Shown here in pieces: positions 18,762 through 28,494 of a stretch of DNA of 64,000 nucleotides. The first letter of the stretch is position 1. Each line of letters starts with the position of its first letter. The notes under the pieces were generated by a model, which searched no databases, had not been told where the DNA came from, and was given only the letters and a program-made list of their open reading frames with translations. The stretch comes from Candidatus Moraniibacteriota bacterium (GTDB lineage Bacteria > Patescibacteriota > Minisyncoccia > Moranbacterales > GCA-2747515): contig CALNYG010000003.1 of assembly GCA_942490825.1 (NCBI GenBank), positions 68,105 through 132,104 of the forward strand. The letters run 5' to 3'. The position numbers were made by a program, and so were the translations under genes.

Positions 18762-18789
18762 AGTCCAGTACCCGCAAAGGTTCTGGACT
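18762..18789. terminator. hairpin between convergent genes
   Basis: AGTCCAG...CTGGACT stem. A-run upstream and T-run on the minus strand. Could terminate both 18387-18752 and 18816-19076. Confidence 0.55.
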
Positions 18790-18815
18790 AGAGTGTTAGT
18801 TTACACATCTTTTTT

Positions 18816-19076
18816 TTAGATAGTTTCTTTTTTCTCCAAAACTATCATTGATTGTTCATCAGGAAATGGACAACTTCCATCTATATATCCGGAACCACAT
18901 TGTATTTTTTCACAAGAAGGTCTCCAGCTCCTATTCTCACGATTCTTTTTTTGACATTTTGCACAAGGTTTTTTACTTGTATCAATACTACTGTCTGAAT
19001 TAAACATAGAATGGTCTCCCGTAGATAGAATAATAAGAAGTTTCAAAAAATTCAATTTCAAGTCAATTTTATACAA
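18816..19076 (-). CDS. small Cys-rich protein, hypothetical
   Basis: 6 Cys in CAKCQKK...SCEKIQCGSGYIDGSCPFP. An alternative start at 19007 is preceded by GGAG. The hairpin at 18762-18789 lies downstream. Confidence 0.35.
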   Translation of the reverse strand: MYKIDLKLNFLKLLIILSTGDHSMFNSDSSIDTSKKPCAKCQKKNRENRSWRPSCEKIQCGSGYIDGSCPFPDEQSMIVLEKKETI

Positions 19077-19196
19077 CTAACTTGATAAAGTATTCTATCA
19101 GAAGAAGAAGCAGAGGTCAACTCCAATTTTACAAAATCCTTGAATTTAAGCCAAAAAGTGCTAAAATTAAATAACTTAAAAAGTTTTAAAATTATA

Positions 19197-20327
19197 ATGA
19201 AAAATACAAAAAAAATTCTCCTCGTCACTCGCCCGCTTTCCCCACCTTGGGACGAAGCCAGTAAAAACTTTGCTTTTGATTTAGTAAAAAATATCACTGA
19301 CAAAAACATCACAATTCTAACTAACACATTCAACGAAGAATTAAACAAAAACATTCATCAAGCCCAAATTCATCGAGAATCAAAAAACGATTTTAATTTC
19401 AAAGAAAAAGTTCGTTCCCTACTATTTCAAATCAAAAATCGCAAAAACTTTGATGTAATTCATTTTATGTTTACACCAACAAAGCTGAACAGTTTTGTAA
19501 TTAAAAATTTTATAAAAAACAAAAAAGTAAAAACCATTCAAACAGTTGCCACTTTGCGAGAAGATTTATATTCTGATGAAGAATTGAAAAATTTAATGTT
19601 TGGAGATGTGATTGTCACCTATTCAAAATATGCTAAACAAAAATTAGAATCATTTGGATTAAAAAACGTTCGACAAATTTATCCTGGATTTAATTTAAAT
19701 AAATTTAAGCCTGAAGAAAAAGATGTTGAATTAATGAAAAAATGGAATCTTAAACCTCAAGATACAATTGTTAGTTTTCCTGGTGAGTTCGTTCGGCTCG
19801 ATGCAACTGATTTTGTGATTGATACTTTTTTAGATCTTTGGAAAGATGAAAAAAATCACAACATTAAATATTTATGTGCTTGTCGAATCAAAAATGAAAA
19901 AGATGCTGAAAAGAAAAAAGAAGTTATTGAAAAATTAAAAAAAGCTGGTCATTTAGATAAAGTTGCTTTTAGTGATACTTTTGGTGATGTGAATAAACTT
20001 TATAATTTAGCAGATATTATTCTTTTTCCTGTTAATAATATGCGAGGAAAATTTGATGTTCCTTTGGCGATGATTGAACCTTATGCTTGTAAAAAACCTG
20101 TGATTGCGTCTGATTTGCCGATTTTGCAGGAATTTTCTAATGATAAAATTAATGTTATAATTGAAAGGAATAATAAAGAAGATTTGAAACGAGCAATTCT
20201 AGATTTGAAAAATGATGAAAATAAAAGAAAAGAGTTAGGCGAAAATGCTTTTGATTTTGCACATAAGACTTTTGATATTAAAAATATTGCTGAGCAGTAT
20301 GAAAATATTTATGAAGAGTTGTTTTAA
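19197..20327 (+). CDS. GT4-like glycosyltransferase
   Basis: First ATG at 19197; the ORF-track start at 19140 is TTG. GT-B layout with C-terminal FPVNNMRGKFDVPLAMIEPYACKKPVIASDLPILQEF. Confidence 0.7.
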   Translation: MKNTKKILLVTRPLSPPWDEASKNFAFDLVKNITDKNITILTNTFNEELNKNIHQAQIHRESKNDFNFKEKVRSLLFQIKNRKNFDVIHFMFTPTKLNSFVIKNFIKNKKVKTIQTVATLREDLYSDEELKNLMFGDVIVTYSKYAKQKLESFGLKNVRQIYPGFNLNKFKPEEKDVELMKKWNLKPQDTIVSFPGEFVRLDATDFVIDTFLDLWKDEKNHNIKYLCACRIKNEKDAEKKKEVIEKLKKAGHLDKVAFSDTFGDVNKLYNLADIILFPVNNMRGKFDVPLAMIEPYACKKPVIASDLPILQEFSNDKINVIIERNNKEDLKRAILDLKNDENKRKELGENAFDFAHKTFDIKNIAEQYENIYEELF

Positions 20328-20350
20328 AGTTCACTATAACTCTCCCTCAT

Positions 20351-20826
20351 GTCATTCCGGAATTTTTTATAATTTTTGAAAAAATTCTAAAAAATATCCG
20401 GAATCTTAAAATTTCAAATTTAAGCAAACTCTAACTACAACACAAATGAATAAAATCTATTGCGTATACATTTTAGCCAGCAAGAAAAATGGTGCATTAT
20501 ACATAGGCGTTACAAGTGATTTAAAAAATAGAGTTTGGCAACATAAAAATCACGCTGTTGATGGTCATACAAGTAAATATTTCATTCATAAATTAGTTTA
20601 TTATGAGCAAGGCGGTAATATTGTAAGTGCAATCGAAAGAGAAAAAGAATTAAAGAAATGGAAAAGACAATGGAAAATTGATTTAATTGAAAAAGAAAAT
20701 TCTGAATGGAAAGATTTGTATGAAAATTTATAAGTTAAATGATTCTCTTCAAATTTAAGATTCCGGATAGATTAATTTGTTTCCAATCGCTATCGCTCTT
20801 GGACAAATTATATCTTTCGGAATGAC
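20351..20826 (+). mobile_element. GIY-YIG cassette 2 (gene sits in the loop of nested inverted repeats)
   Basis: Outer arms GTCATTCCGGAAT (20351-20363) and TTTCGGAATGAC (20815-20826). The inner arms are a perfect 12-bp pair: TATCCGGAATCT (20395-20406) and AGATTCCGGATA (20758-20769). An extra stem AATTTGT/ACAAATT lies at the right side. Confidence 0.6.
20446..20733 (+). CDS. GIY-YIG nuclease family protein (second copy)
   Basis: YCVYILASKKNGALYIGVTSDLKNRVWQHK. The C-terminal third is nearly identical to 17874-18167 at both protein and DNA level. Confidence 0.85.
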   Translation: MNKIYCVYILASKKNGALYIGVTSDLKNRVWQHKNHAVDGHTSKYFIHKLVYYEQGGNIVSAIEREKELKKWKRQWKIDLIEKENSEWKDLYENL

Positions 20827-20910
20827 AACTGAAAGTAATCAAAAAAACCTAAAAATAAAAAGTTTTTTCAAAAATCTAAAGATAATCTTAAAATTATCTT
20901 GAAATTTTTA

Positions 20911-20946
20911 AAGCGAACGTCGGGCCAATACTGCAAACGTTCGCTT
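20911..20946. other. stable 10-bp GC-rich hairpin bounding a G+C-rich island
   Basis: AAGCGAACGT (20911-20920) pairs with ACGTTCGCTT (20937-20946) around a 16-nt loop. No U-tract on either strand. Confidence 0.6.
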
Positions 20947-20996
20947 ATATAATCCTAGCCGAGGCACCCACCTGGGTAACCCAATGGACAATCGCC

Positions 20997-21059
20997 TCAA
21001 TGAGGATTTCCGTCTTCATCGCAACCATTTAAAAAATATTTTTTAGGATTGATTGTCAT
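20997..21059 (-). CDS. 20-codon mini-ORF with a perfect Shine-Dalgarno sequence (speculative)
   Basis: AGGAGG (21066-21071) lies 6 nt before the ATG at 21059. The ORF encodes MTINPKKYFLNGCDEDGNPH and ends in TGA. It is followed in frame by 13 G+C-rich codons (GDCPLGYPGGCLG) and then TAG. Confidence 0.25.
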   Translation of the reverse strand: MTINPKKYFLNGCDEDGNPH

Positions 21060-21330
21060 GATGTGCCTCCTGCAATAATTTTTTATATTTTTGAAAGAGT
21101 TTCAGCCACCCTTTTCAAGTAAATTCTATCAATTTAATACTTATTTTATAAGCAAAAATCAATAAAATATTTTATCTTAAAAAGGGCTAGGATTGCTTCT
21201 GCTAGGGAAATAATTTAAGCTCTTTTTAAGAAACTAAATCATAGCTTAGCACAGAATAAAAGCATTGTCAATAGCGACAGACCAATCATTTTTAGTTATA
21301 ATAAAAACATAAAAACTTATTTAAAAAATC

Positions 21331-22830
21331 ATGAAAAATCATAAAAATTCAATCAAAAAACAATCCGAACATAAGTTCAAATTTGAAACTGACAAAATGA
21401 AAGTACCAGCCACTTTTTTCATGTCAGAAGAATTACTACCAAAAGAAGAAACTTTCGCACAAGTTGAAGACGTAGCTTCCAATCCCGAAGTTTCTGGATA
21501 CGCAGCCATGCCTGACATCTGTTCAAAGCCTGGACGAAAAAACGCCTCTGGTTCAGTTGTAGTTTCCAAAGATTACATTTTTCCCCAAGTCAACGATTCC
21601 GATCCAAACTGCGGAATGCGCTTAGTAAAAACTAATTTGACCGAAGACAATTTCACCGAGAGCGAAATTCAACTACTTTTTGAAGAACTGACTTCTGTTG
21701 TGCCAACTAAAACATTCGTCGGAACTAAAATTCCATTTAAAACTGTTGTTGATATTTGCCGTAGAGGAACAAGTGCTATTGTTGATTATTTAGACATTCG
21801 CACAAAAAATGAATTAGAAAACTCTCAGCAAAAAAACGGTAACTTTTTAGAGCGTGAATATTCCAAACAAGAAATTTTTGATGCTATTCCAAAACTTTAT
21901 CTTTTCTTTGCACAGTATCGCCTAGGAGTCTTAGGGGCAGCTGGAAATCATTATTTAGATTTAATGAAAGTTACCGATTTAGTTAATCCTGAAATGGCAA
22001 AAAAATTTGGTTTAAAAAAAGGACAATATTTATTCATGATTCACACTGGTTCTGGAATTCTTGGACAATATACAATGTACACCTACACCGCAAAAAAACG
22101 TGAGCACCTAAGTCAAACTGTAATGACAACCTTAGGAAGCTTAACTTTTCAATCTAGAAAAAAAGATGTTTACAAAGCAATCAAAAAAGCTATTAAAAAA
22201 CACATGCGAGATGATTCCTTGTTGAAATTTAAAGGCAATTCTGAAGAAGCTAAACTTTACATGACTGCTCGTGGTGCTGCGTCAAATTTTGGAACTGCTA
22301 ATCGTGCAACCATTACTCATAATATAAGCAAAACAATAAAAAGTATGTTCAATCGTGATCCTGAGATGGATTTAATTTATGACATGCCCCATATTTCAGT
22401 AACTCAAGAGAATCATTTTGATGAAGACGTTTGGGTACATCGTGGAAATGCTTCCCGTGCTTTTGGTCCAGATCAAATTAATCATCCCGTTTACGGCGAA
22501 ACTGGCGAACCACTCTTTATTCCGTCATCAATGAGTACTGACGCTTACATTGGAGTTGGCACTGATCAAAATGAGGCAGGATTTTTCTCCGCTCCGCATG
22601 GAACTGGGAAAGGAATAAATAAAAACGAAAAAGATATTGAGAGCAAAAAAGAACTTTTTGAAAAAATGAAAAACAAAGGTGTTAAACTTTACAACGCTCA
22701 ATCTTCAATTGTTATCAATCAGGATTCTGCACGTTACAAAGATGTTTCAAAAGTTATCACCGGAGTTGAAGAAAATGGAATTGCTCATATCGTTGCAAAA
22801 ATGAAACCTGTGGCGGTGATTATGTATTAA
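21331..22830 (+). CDS. rtcB: RtcB-family RNA ligase (divergent)
   Basis: 499 aa. RtcB-like metal and GMP-site motifs: DSDPNCGMR, AGNHYLDL, SAPHGTGKG, and a C-terminal KPVAVIMY. Confidence 0.75.
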   Translation: MKNHKNSIKKQSEHKFKFETDKMKVPATFFMSEELLPKEETFAQVEDVASNPEVSGYAAMPDICSKPGRKNASGSVVVSKDYIFPQVNDSDPNCGMRLVKTNLTEDNFTESEIQLLFEELTSVVPTKTFVGTKIPFKTVVDICRRGTSAIVDYLDIRTKNELENSQQKNGNFLEREYSKQEIFDAIPKLYLFFAQYRLGVLGAAGNHYLDLMKVTDLVNPEMAKKFGLKKGQYLFMIHTGSGILGQYTMYTYTAKKREHLSQTVMTTLGSLTFQSRKKDVYKAIKKAIKKHMRDDSLLKFKGNSEEAKLYMTARGAASNFGTANRATITHNISKTIKSMFNRDPEMDLIYDMPHISVTQENHFDEDVWVHRGNASRAFGPDQINHPVYGETGEPLFIPSSMSTDAYIGVGTDQNEAGFFSAPHGTGKGINKNEKDIESKKELFEKMKNKGVKLYNAQSSIVINQDSARYKDVSKVITGVEENGIAHIVAKMKPVAVIMY

Positions 22831-22889
22831 AAATAAAATATCAGATTTTTAAATTATTAGTATTTTAAACTAAAATTTATTTACAAACA

Positions 22890-22921
22890 AAAAAACAGAG
22901 TTTCGAGACTCTGTTTTTTGT
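22890..22921. terminator. bidirectional rho-independent terminator
   Basis: AAAAAAACAGAGT-TTCGAG-ACTCTGTTTTTTG between convergent genes. Confidence 0.85.
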
Positions 22922-22943
22922 TGTCACATTTTCAATAAAATTT

Positions 22944-23285
22944 TTATAAACCTTGTTCAACTGATGGTTGTGAAATCGGAGCTTGAACTGAAGGCTGAGT
23001 TGACGGTTGTTGCGGTGGGTTTTTTTGTAAACATTCAACTGATACTACATTAATTTCTTTCTCACTATTAGAAAGTGGGACCTGGGTACATTTAGACGCT
23101 TCTATAATAACTGTATTAACTGCTTTATTTATTCCTGCCTGTATTCCCGCTTCATAAGATTCTTCTATTTCACGAACCTTGAAATCTTGCCACTGATCAT
23201 TTGCGATATACCAAACTGAAAAAACTGCCCACACCAAAACTGCTGCTAAAAATATAACTCTTTTATTTAACTTTTTTATTTTCAT
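22944..23285 (-). CDS. N-terminally anchored protein with a Pro/Gln-rich tail
   Basis: 113 aa. TM helix VIFLAAVLVWAVFSVWYI. Tail PPQQPSTQPSVQAPISQPSV. Confidence 0.5.
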   Translation of the reverse strand: MKIKKLNKRVIFLAAVLVWAVFSVWYIANDQWQDFKVREIEESYEAGIQAGINKAVNTVIIEASKCTQVPLSNSEKEINVVSVECLQKNPPQQPSTQPSVQAPISQPSVEQGL

Positions 23286-23659
23286 AACTTTTTTATTTAT
23301 TAATTTTAATTTTTAAACTCTACTTTTATTTTAACTTATTTTTTACAAATAATCAAAATTTTTAACACCTACAAAAATTTGTAAATCTTTAAAAAATGTC
23401 ATACTATAAAATAGAATTTATTTAAAAGTGTATTAATATTAATTAGATCGAGCCTAAAGATTTAAAAAATATTTAATTTTAAATCATTTTATATAGCAAT
23501 AAAATTACGTTTTATTTCTACGGTCTCCTATAATATTTTTTAAAATAAGACAGAAAATGAATATGTTAAAAGTCTAATGTGATAAACTACAATTCAATTG
23601 ATTAAATTTAAATAAAAGTGTAAAATTAATATATTGAAATTAATTATAAATTAAAGAAA

Positions 23660-24613
23660 ATGAAATTAATCATAAATATTCCTGCTTACAATGAAGGTGA
23701 AGTTATTAAAAAAACAATCAAATCTATTCCACGTGAATTTGAAGGAATTAATGAGGTTTTAATTCAAGTTGTAAATGATGGATCTAAAGATGATACTGCT
23801 AAAATTGCTCGTGAAGCTGGTGCTGACATTGTTGTTTCGCACTTGACGAATCGACGTCTAGGCGTTGTTTTTAATACTGCTGTCGAAAGTGCTCTGAAAA
23901 ATGGTGCTGATTTTATGGTTAATATAGATGCCGATGGTCAATTTGACGTTAATCAGATTAAAGATGTTTTGGCTCCTGTTGTAAATAATAAAGTTGACAT
24001 GGTTATTGGTGATCGCTTTAATAAAGGGACTGCCCATGGAATCCCTTTCATAAAAAGTTTTTTTAATAAGCTTGGTGCTAAACTTGTCGGAACTTTTCTT
24101 GGTGTTAAAACTCATGATCTAACTTGCGGTTTTCGTGCTCATAATCAAGAAGCTCTTTTACGTTTGAATCAAGTTTCTGGTTTCACTTATACACAAGAGA
24201 CAATTATTGATGCGATTGGTAAAAATTTAAAATTAAAGTGGGTGCCTGTAACTGTGCGTTATTTTGAGGGACGTGAATCTCGCATTGTAAAAAGTGTTTT
24301 CAGTTTTGTAAATAATAGTGCTAAAATTATTATTAAAGCAGTTCGTGATGTTCGTCCAATGAAGTTTTTTGGTATTCCAGGAATGATTTTAATTTCTTTT
24401 TCGGCTATATTTGGAATAATTTTTATTTCGTTTTATTTGCAAGAATTTAAAGTTACTAAATATTTTAATTATTTATTAGCTGCGATTACTTTGTTTTTGA
24501 TTGGTTTGCAATTTTTTGTTTTTGCTCTGATTGCGGATATGATCAAAGGTAGTCGAAAATTAACTGAACAACAGATGTATTTAACGAAAAAAGAAAAGTA
24601 TTTTGAAAAATAA
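23660..24613 (+). CDS. GT2 polyprenol-phosphate glycosyltransferase (Dpm1/GtrB-like) with C-terminal TM helices
   Basis: INIPAYNEGEVI...VVNDGSKDDT...NIDADGQ (DxD), with two C-terminal TM helices. Confidence 0.8.
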   Translation: MKLIINIPAYNEGEVIKKTIKSIPREFEGINEVLIQVVNDGSKDDTAKIAREAGADIVVSHLTNRRLGVVFNTAVESALKNGADFMVNIDADGQFDVNQIKDVLAPVVNNKVDMVIGDRFNKGTAHGIPFIKSFFNKLGAKLVGTFLGVKTHDLTCGFRAHNQEALLRLNQVSGFTYTQETIIDAIGKNLKLKWVPVTVRYFEGRESRIVKSVFSFVNNSAKIIIKAVRDVRPMKFFGIPGMILISFSAIFGIIFISFYLQEFKVTKYFNYLLAAITLFLIGLQFFVFALIADMIKGSRKLTEQQMYLTKKEKYFEK

Positions 24614-24633
24614 AAATCTATAATTTTGAAAAC

Positions 24634-24672
24634 AAAAAAACCGAGCGGTCATCATAATGACTCTCGGTTTTT
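24634..24672. terminator. bidirectional terminator between the GT2 gene and groES
   Basis: AAAAAAACCGAGCGGTCAT...ATGACTCTCGGTTTTT. Confidence 0.8.
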
Positions 24673-24693
24673 AAATTCTGAAATAATAAGTCC

Positions 24694-24966
24694 CTATTCA
24701 ACAATAGCAATAATTTCTTCAGCTTTTACAATAATATATTCTTTATCATTAATTTTAATTTCTTCACCTTCATATTTCTTGTAAATAACAACCTGTCCTT
24801 TTTTTACCGTAATTTTATCACTATCACCCACTGCCTCAACTTTACCTTGTTGGGTTTTTTCAACTGAAACTGTGTCAGGAATGAAGATACCAGAATCGGT
24901 TTTAGTAGCTACTTTGACAGGTTTAATTAAAACATTTTTACCTAAGGGTATAATTTTTTTACTCAT
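24694..24966 (-). CDS. groES: co-chaperonin GroES
   Basis: 90 aa. IIPLGKNVLIKPV...TDSGIFIPD...GKVEAVG...YIIVKAEEIIAIVE. Confidence 0.9.
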   Translation of the reverse strand: MSKKIIPLGKNVLIKPVKVATKTDSGIFIPDTVSVEKTQQGKVEAVGDSDKITVKKGQVVIYKKYEGEEIKINDKEYIIVKAEEIIAIVE

Positions 24967-25040
24967 TTTTTAAATTCTTATTTGTTTAATAGATTTCTTA
25001 CAAGATATTTTAAAGAAATCTATTCTAATTATATCAAAAA

Positions 25041-25067
25041 TTAGCACTCGGTCAAGCACAGTGCTAA
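25041..25067 (-). promoter_or_regulatory. CIRCE operator (HrcA binding site) upstream of groES
   Basis: TTAGCACTC-GGTCAAGCA-CAGTGCTAA compared with the consensus TTAGCACTC-N9-GAGTGCTAA: one mismatch. Lies 75 nt upstream of the groES start. Confidence 0.8.
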
Positions 25068-25125
25068 CTAAAAATTATAAATTTGTGTTAAAATAAAGTT
25101 AGTAAAAATTTATTTATACAAGAAT

Positions 25126-25959
25126 ATGCAAGATATAAAGCGACGCGATAGAAAAAAGAATAACAAAGTTATGAGAAAATCTCCTAATTCAAGTGATGTT
25201 TTAATAAAAAAAATTATAATATCTATTTTGATTTTAGCTTTTATAGGAATAGTCATCTTTTCTTTTTTTTGGGAGAATAAAGACTCTCGACAAATAACTA
25301 TTGAAATTCCTGAATCTGAGTATAATAATGAAGAAAATATAGCAAAAAATGATGCAACTGATAAAAAAATTAACCAAGAAAATGCTTCAGAAAATGAAAT
25401 AGCAACTGAAGAAAATGTAAATGCCAATTCTTCAGTTACTTCTGAAGAGGCTAAAAAAATTATTGAATCTAAAGCGAAGGAATCTATTATTGCAATCAAA
25501 AATAAAGATTTTAAAGCTTTGGCAGAATTAACACATTCTGAACATGAACTTGTTTTTTCACCTTATGCTAATTTTAATAATAAAAACAAATCTTTTTCGC
25601 AAGATAAAATTAAAAATATTTCAACTGATTCTAAAAAATATATTTGGGGTGAATATAATGGACTTGCTACAGGACAAATTGAAATGACTTTTGCGGATTA
25701 TTACAAATTATTTATTTATGATCAGGATTTTTCTAATGCTGAAAAAATTTCTTATAATGAAGATTCAAATAATGGAAAAATTAAAAATAATTCTTCAAGT
25801 TTTTTTGATAATTCAATTACAGTTGAATATTATTTTTCTGGGTTTGATCCTGAACTTAAAGAAAAAGATATGGACTGGAGAAGCTTACGTTTGGTTTTTA
25901 TTGATATTGATGGTGAATGGTATTTGAAAGGGATCAGTCATGATGAATTAACTATTTAA
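25126..25959 (+). CDS. N-terminally anchored protein, unknown function
   Basis: 277 aa. Basic N-terminus, one TM helix (IIISILILAFIGIVIFSFFW) and an acidic linker. Confidence 0.55.
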   Translation: MQDIKRRDRKKNNKVMRKSPNSSDVLIKKIIISILILAFIGIVIFSFFWENKDSRQITIEIPESEYNNEENIAKNDATDKKINQENASENEIATEENVNANSSVTSEEAKKIIESKAKESIIAIKNKDFKALAELTHSEHELVFSPYANFNNKNKSFSQDKIKNISTDSKKYIWGEYNGLATGQIEMTFADYYKLFIYDQDFSNAEKISYNEDSNNGKIKNNSSSFFDNSITVEYYFSGFDPELKEKDMDWRSLRLVFIDIDGEWYLKGISHDELTI

Positions 25960-25981
25960 ATTTAGATACATTTAGAGTATC

Positions 25982-26009
25982 AAAAAACCAGCTTAATGCT
26001 GGTTTTTTA
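25982..26009 (+). terminator. rho-independent terminator
   Basis: AAAAAACCAGC-TTAAT-GCTGGTTTTTT. Confidence 0.85.
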
Positions 26010-26029
26010 GTTATCAGATAATTTTATGC

Positions 26030-26341
26030 TTACTTCATGGTTTTTTCTAAATCATCTACTGCATTTTTAATCACAGCTCCATAATCATCTAATTTTTCAG
26101 TCAAAAACTGATCTACTTTTTCTGGAGAAGCTACTTCATCCATCAAATTTGCGAGTGCATCCCTATCTTCATCATTTAGCAGTTCATATGCATCTACTAC
26201 TACCCTTTTTACTACTGATTCTGACATTTTTTCTATTAACTCTTGTTGATCTTTTTCTTCTAGATTTTCAAATCCAAACTTTTTTGCAATTTGTTGTTGT
26301 ATATCTTTTACGCTAACTTGTGATTGATTATTTGTATTCAT
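26030..26341 (-). CDS. small acidic helical protein, unknown function
   Basis: 103 aa. Lies immediately downstream of the IS-disrupted giant gene, on the same strand. Confidence 0.55.
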   Translation of the reverse strand: MNTNNQSQVSVKDIQQQIAKKFGFENLEEKDQQELIEKMSESVVKRVVVDAYELLNDEDRDALANLMDEVASPEKVDQFLTEKLDDYGAVIKNAVDDLEKTMK

Positions 26342-28494
26342 ATTTTTATTTTATTTTTAAAAATTATATTTAAAATTTATTTTTCATATACATAGGAATG
26401 AAGTCTTTTAACTTCAAAGCATTAACATCTGTACCAAATGGATCTCTAGATGCTATATCACGAGCACGCTTAACTGCCTCAGCTAATCTAATCCTTCCGC
26501 CTTGTTCAAATTGACTATCACTATAACTTATTAGAGGTAATTCACCCTTTAAGTCCGCAGAAGAATCACTATTCAATATACTTAAATAATCTTCAACGCC
26601 AGTGTTTTTTACTGACTCATAATATTTAGGATGGCCTTCACCCCAAATTTCCTTTGACCAATCAGCCTCGTATTGAGTAAGTCCTTCATATGGACCATTC
26701 TCAATAACTACAGTCCCTGGATCACTCCCTAAAACCGTCTCCTGAATATTTTCTTGAGGAGGAGCTATTTCTGACGACTGCTCTTGTATGTTGTCTTGAA
26801 GTTGTTGATTAGGAGACTCAATATCTACTGAAGATGAGGTCTCTGGACTATTTTCAGCCCCTAATAAAGATTCTCCCGAAGGACCTTCAATACCTAGAAT
26901 TTTAATATCATTTGGATAACCACTCATATCAAACTTAATTCTTGCACCTTCAGGAACTTTAAGAGGATCAAATTGAGGATTTTCTACTGCAAATTCTTTC
27001 CATATAACATGACTTCTAGCTTCTTCATGAGAACTAAGTATATCAGAAAATTTAGGATTATTTTCAGTTACTTCTTGAAGTGCAGGATCTTGTGCAAGCA
27101 TATTAGTAATACGACCTTCTATACTCTCACCTTCCATTAGAGGAGTTGACATAGCCATACCTTCTGAAGTAACAGATTCCAAATTACCTTGACTATTTTC
27201 CATTATATTCCCCGCATCAATGCCAAAAGGATTTTCAATTTCTGCCTTGCTAACAGTACCTTCTCCAGAATCCACAGCATGACCATCCTCGACATTGACT
27301 TGCAAAGTATCTTGTTCTTCAGGAAAATTTATTTCTCTACTAGAATCTATAGTATTACCATCCACTTTATCCATAACTGGCTCTAAAGATTCATTTAAGC
27401 CTGTTTTATTAGCCAATTCTTCAGTAACATTATCTTTAACAGCCTCAGCATTTGATTGCCAAGCATTTTTTTCAGAATAATTTATATTTTCACCAGAGCT
27501 TGTCGCTAAAGATTCATCAACTCCACTTAATTCATCACCACCAGATGGAATACCGTCGCCACCCTCAAATATATCATTAAACTTATCTACGCCTGCTCCA
27601 GCAACTTCTTTAACTTTATCTAAACCTGCCCCAGCATAATCCTTAGCTTTTCCAGCCATTTCACTAACTTCATCTCCATAATTATTAAAAGCCCATCCGA
27701 ATAATTTTCCCCCAAACATAATAGTTGCTCCAGCAGCTATTCCATAACCCCACCTTTTCATTCTTCCTGCTATTTGTGATTTTTTACCTTTTTCAATAGT
27801 CTCATTATCGTATTTAGCAAGTGCTGCCTTTAATTTTTCTTCACTATCAGATTCTTTAAGTTCTTTTTCTACGCTTTTTTCGTGAGCCACCTTAGCTTTT
27901 TCTTCAAATAAATTAAACACACCTGTGCCAGCTACACCTGCACCCAATGATCTTCTAATCCAAGTACATACACCTACTGTTCCAACAGCAACAGCTCCAC
28001 CTCCTGCAAGAGCAACTGTTGTACCAACCCCTAACATTGCCACACTTGTAGCTATCTTAGCTGGTCCAGAAATACCCTTATACCACTCAATTACTTTATG
28101 CATTTTTTCACCAACTTTTTCAACCATACCCAAATTTTGGGATTTAGCTTCTAATCTCGCTTCATAAAGTTCTCTTTCTTGAAGTTTAAGGAATTTCAAT
28201 TGTTCTCTACTAATTTCATCAGCTCTTTCTGGATTTTCTAATTTTTCTCCAGTTTTAAAAATTCTATACTCATCTAATAAAGCATAGTATTCCTCCTTTG
28301 CTTTTTGAGTATTTTCATCATTACCTGCTCTAACTTCCTGAACCATATATTCTTTACCTGCGATTCTAATTCTGGATTCTAGGTCACCTAACTGTTCATT
28401 CTTCTCAGATCCTTTTCTTTTAGCAGATTCTACAATTAAAGCAAGTAATTCTTTTACCCTATCTAAATCAATATCTCTAAGCTCTCCGATTTTT

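Noticed and set aside
19058-19354. 98-aa minus-strand ORF overlapping the start of the GT4 gene.
   Set aside because: It overlaps both the GT4 5' end and the small Cys-rich ORF, and its sequence is low-complexity. The ATG at 19197 on the plus strand explains the region better.
27189-28167. Plus-strand ORFs 27189-27386, 27295-27480 and 27925-28167.
   Set aside because: They are antisense to the long acidic/Gly-rich ORF. The Ala/Pro/Thr-rich translation is the mirror of the Gly/Ala-rich TM-coding region.
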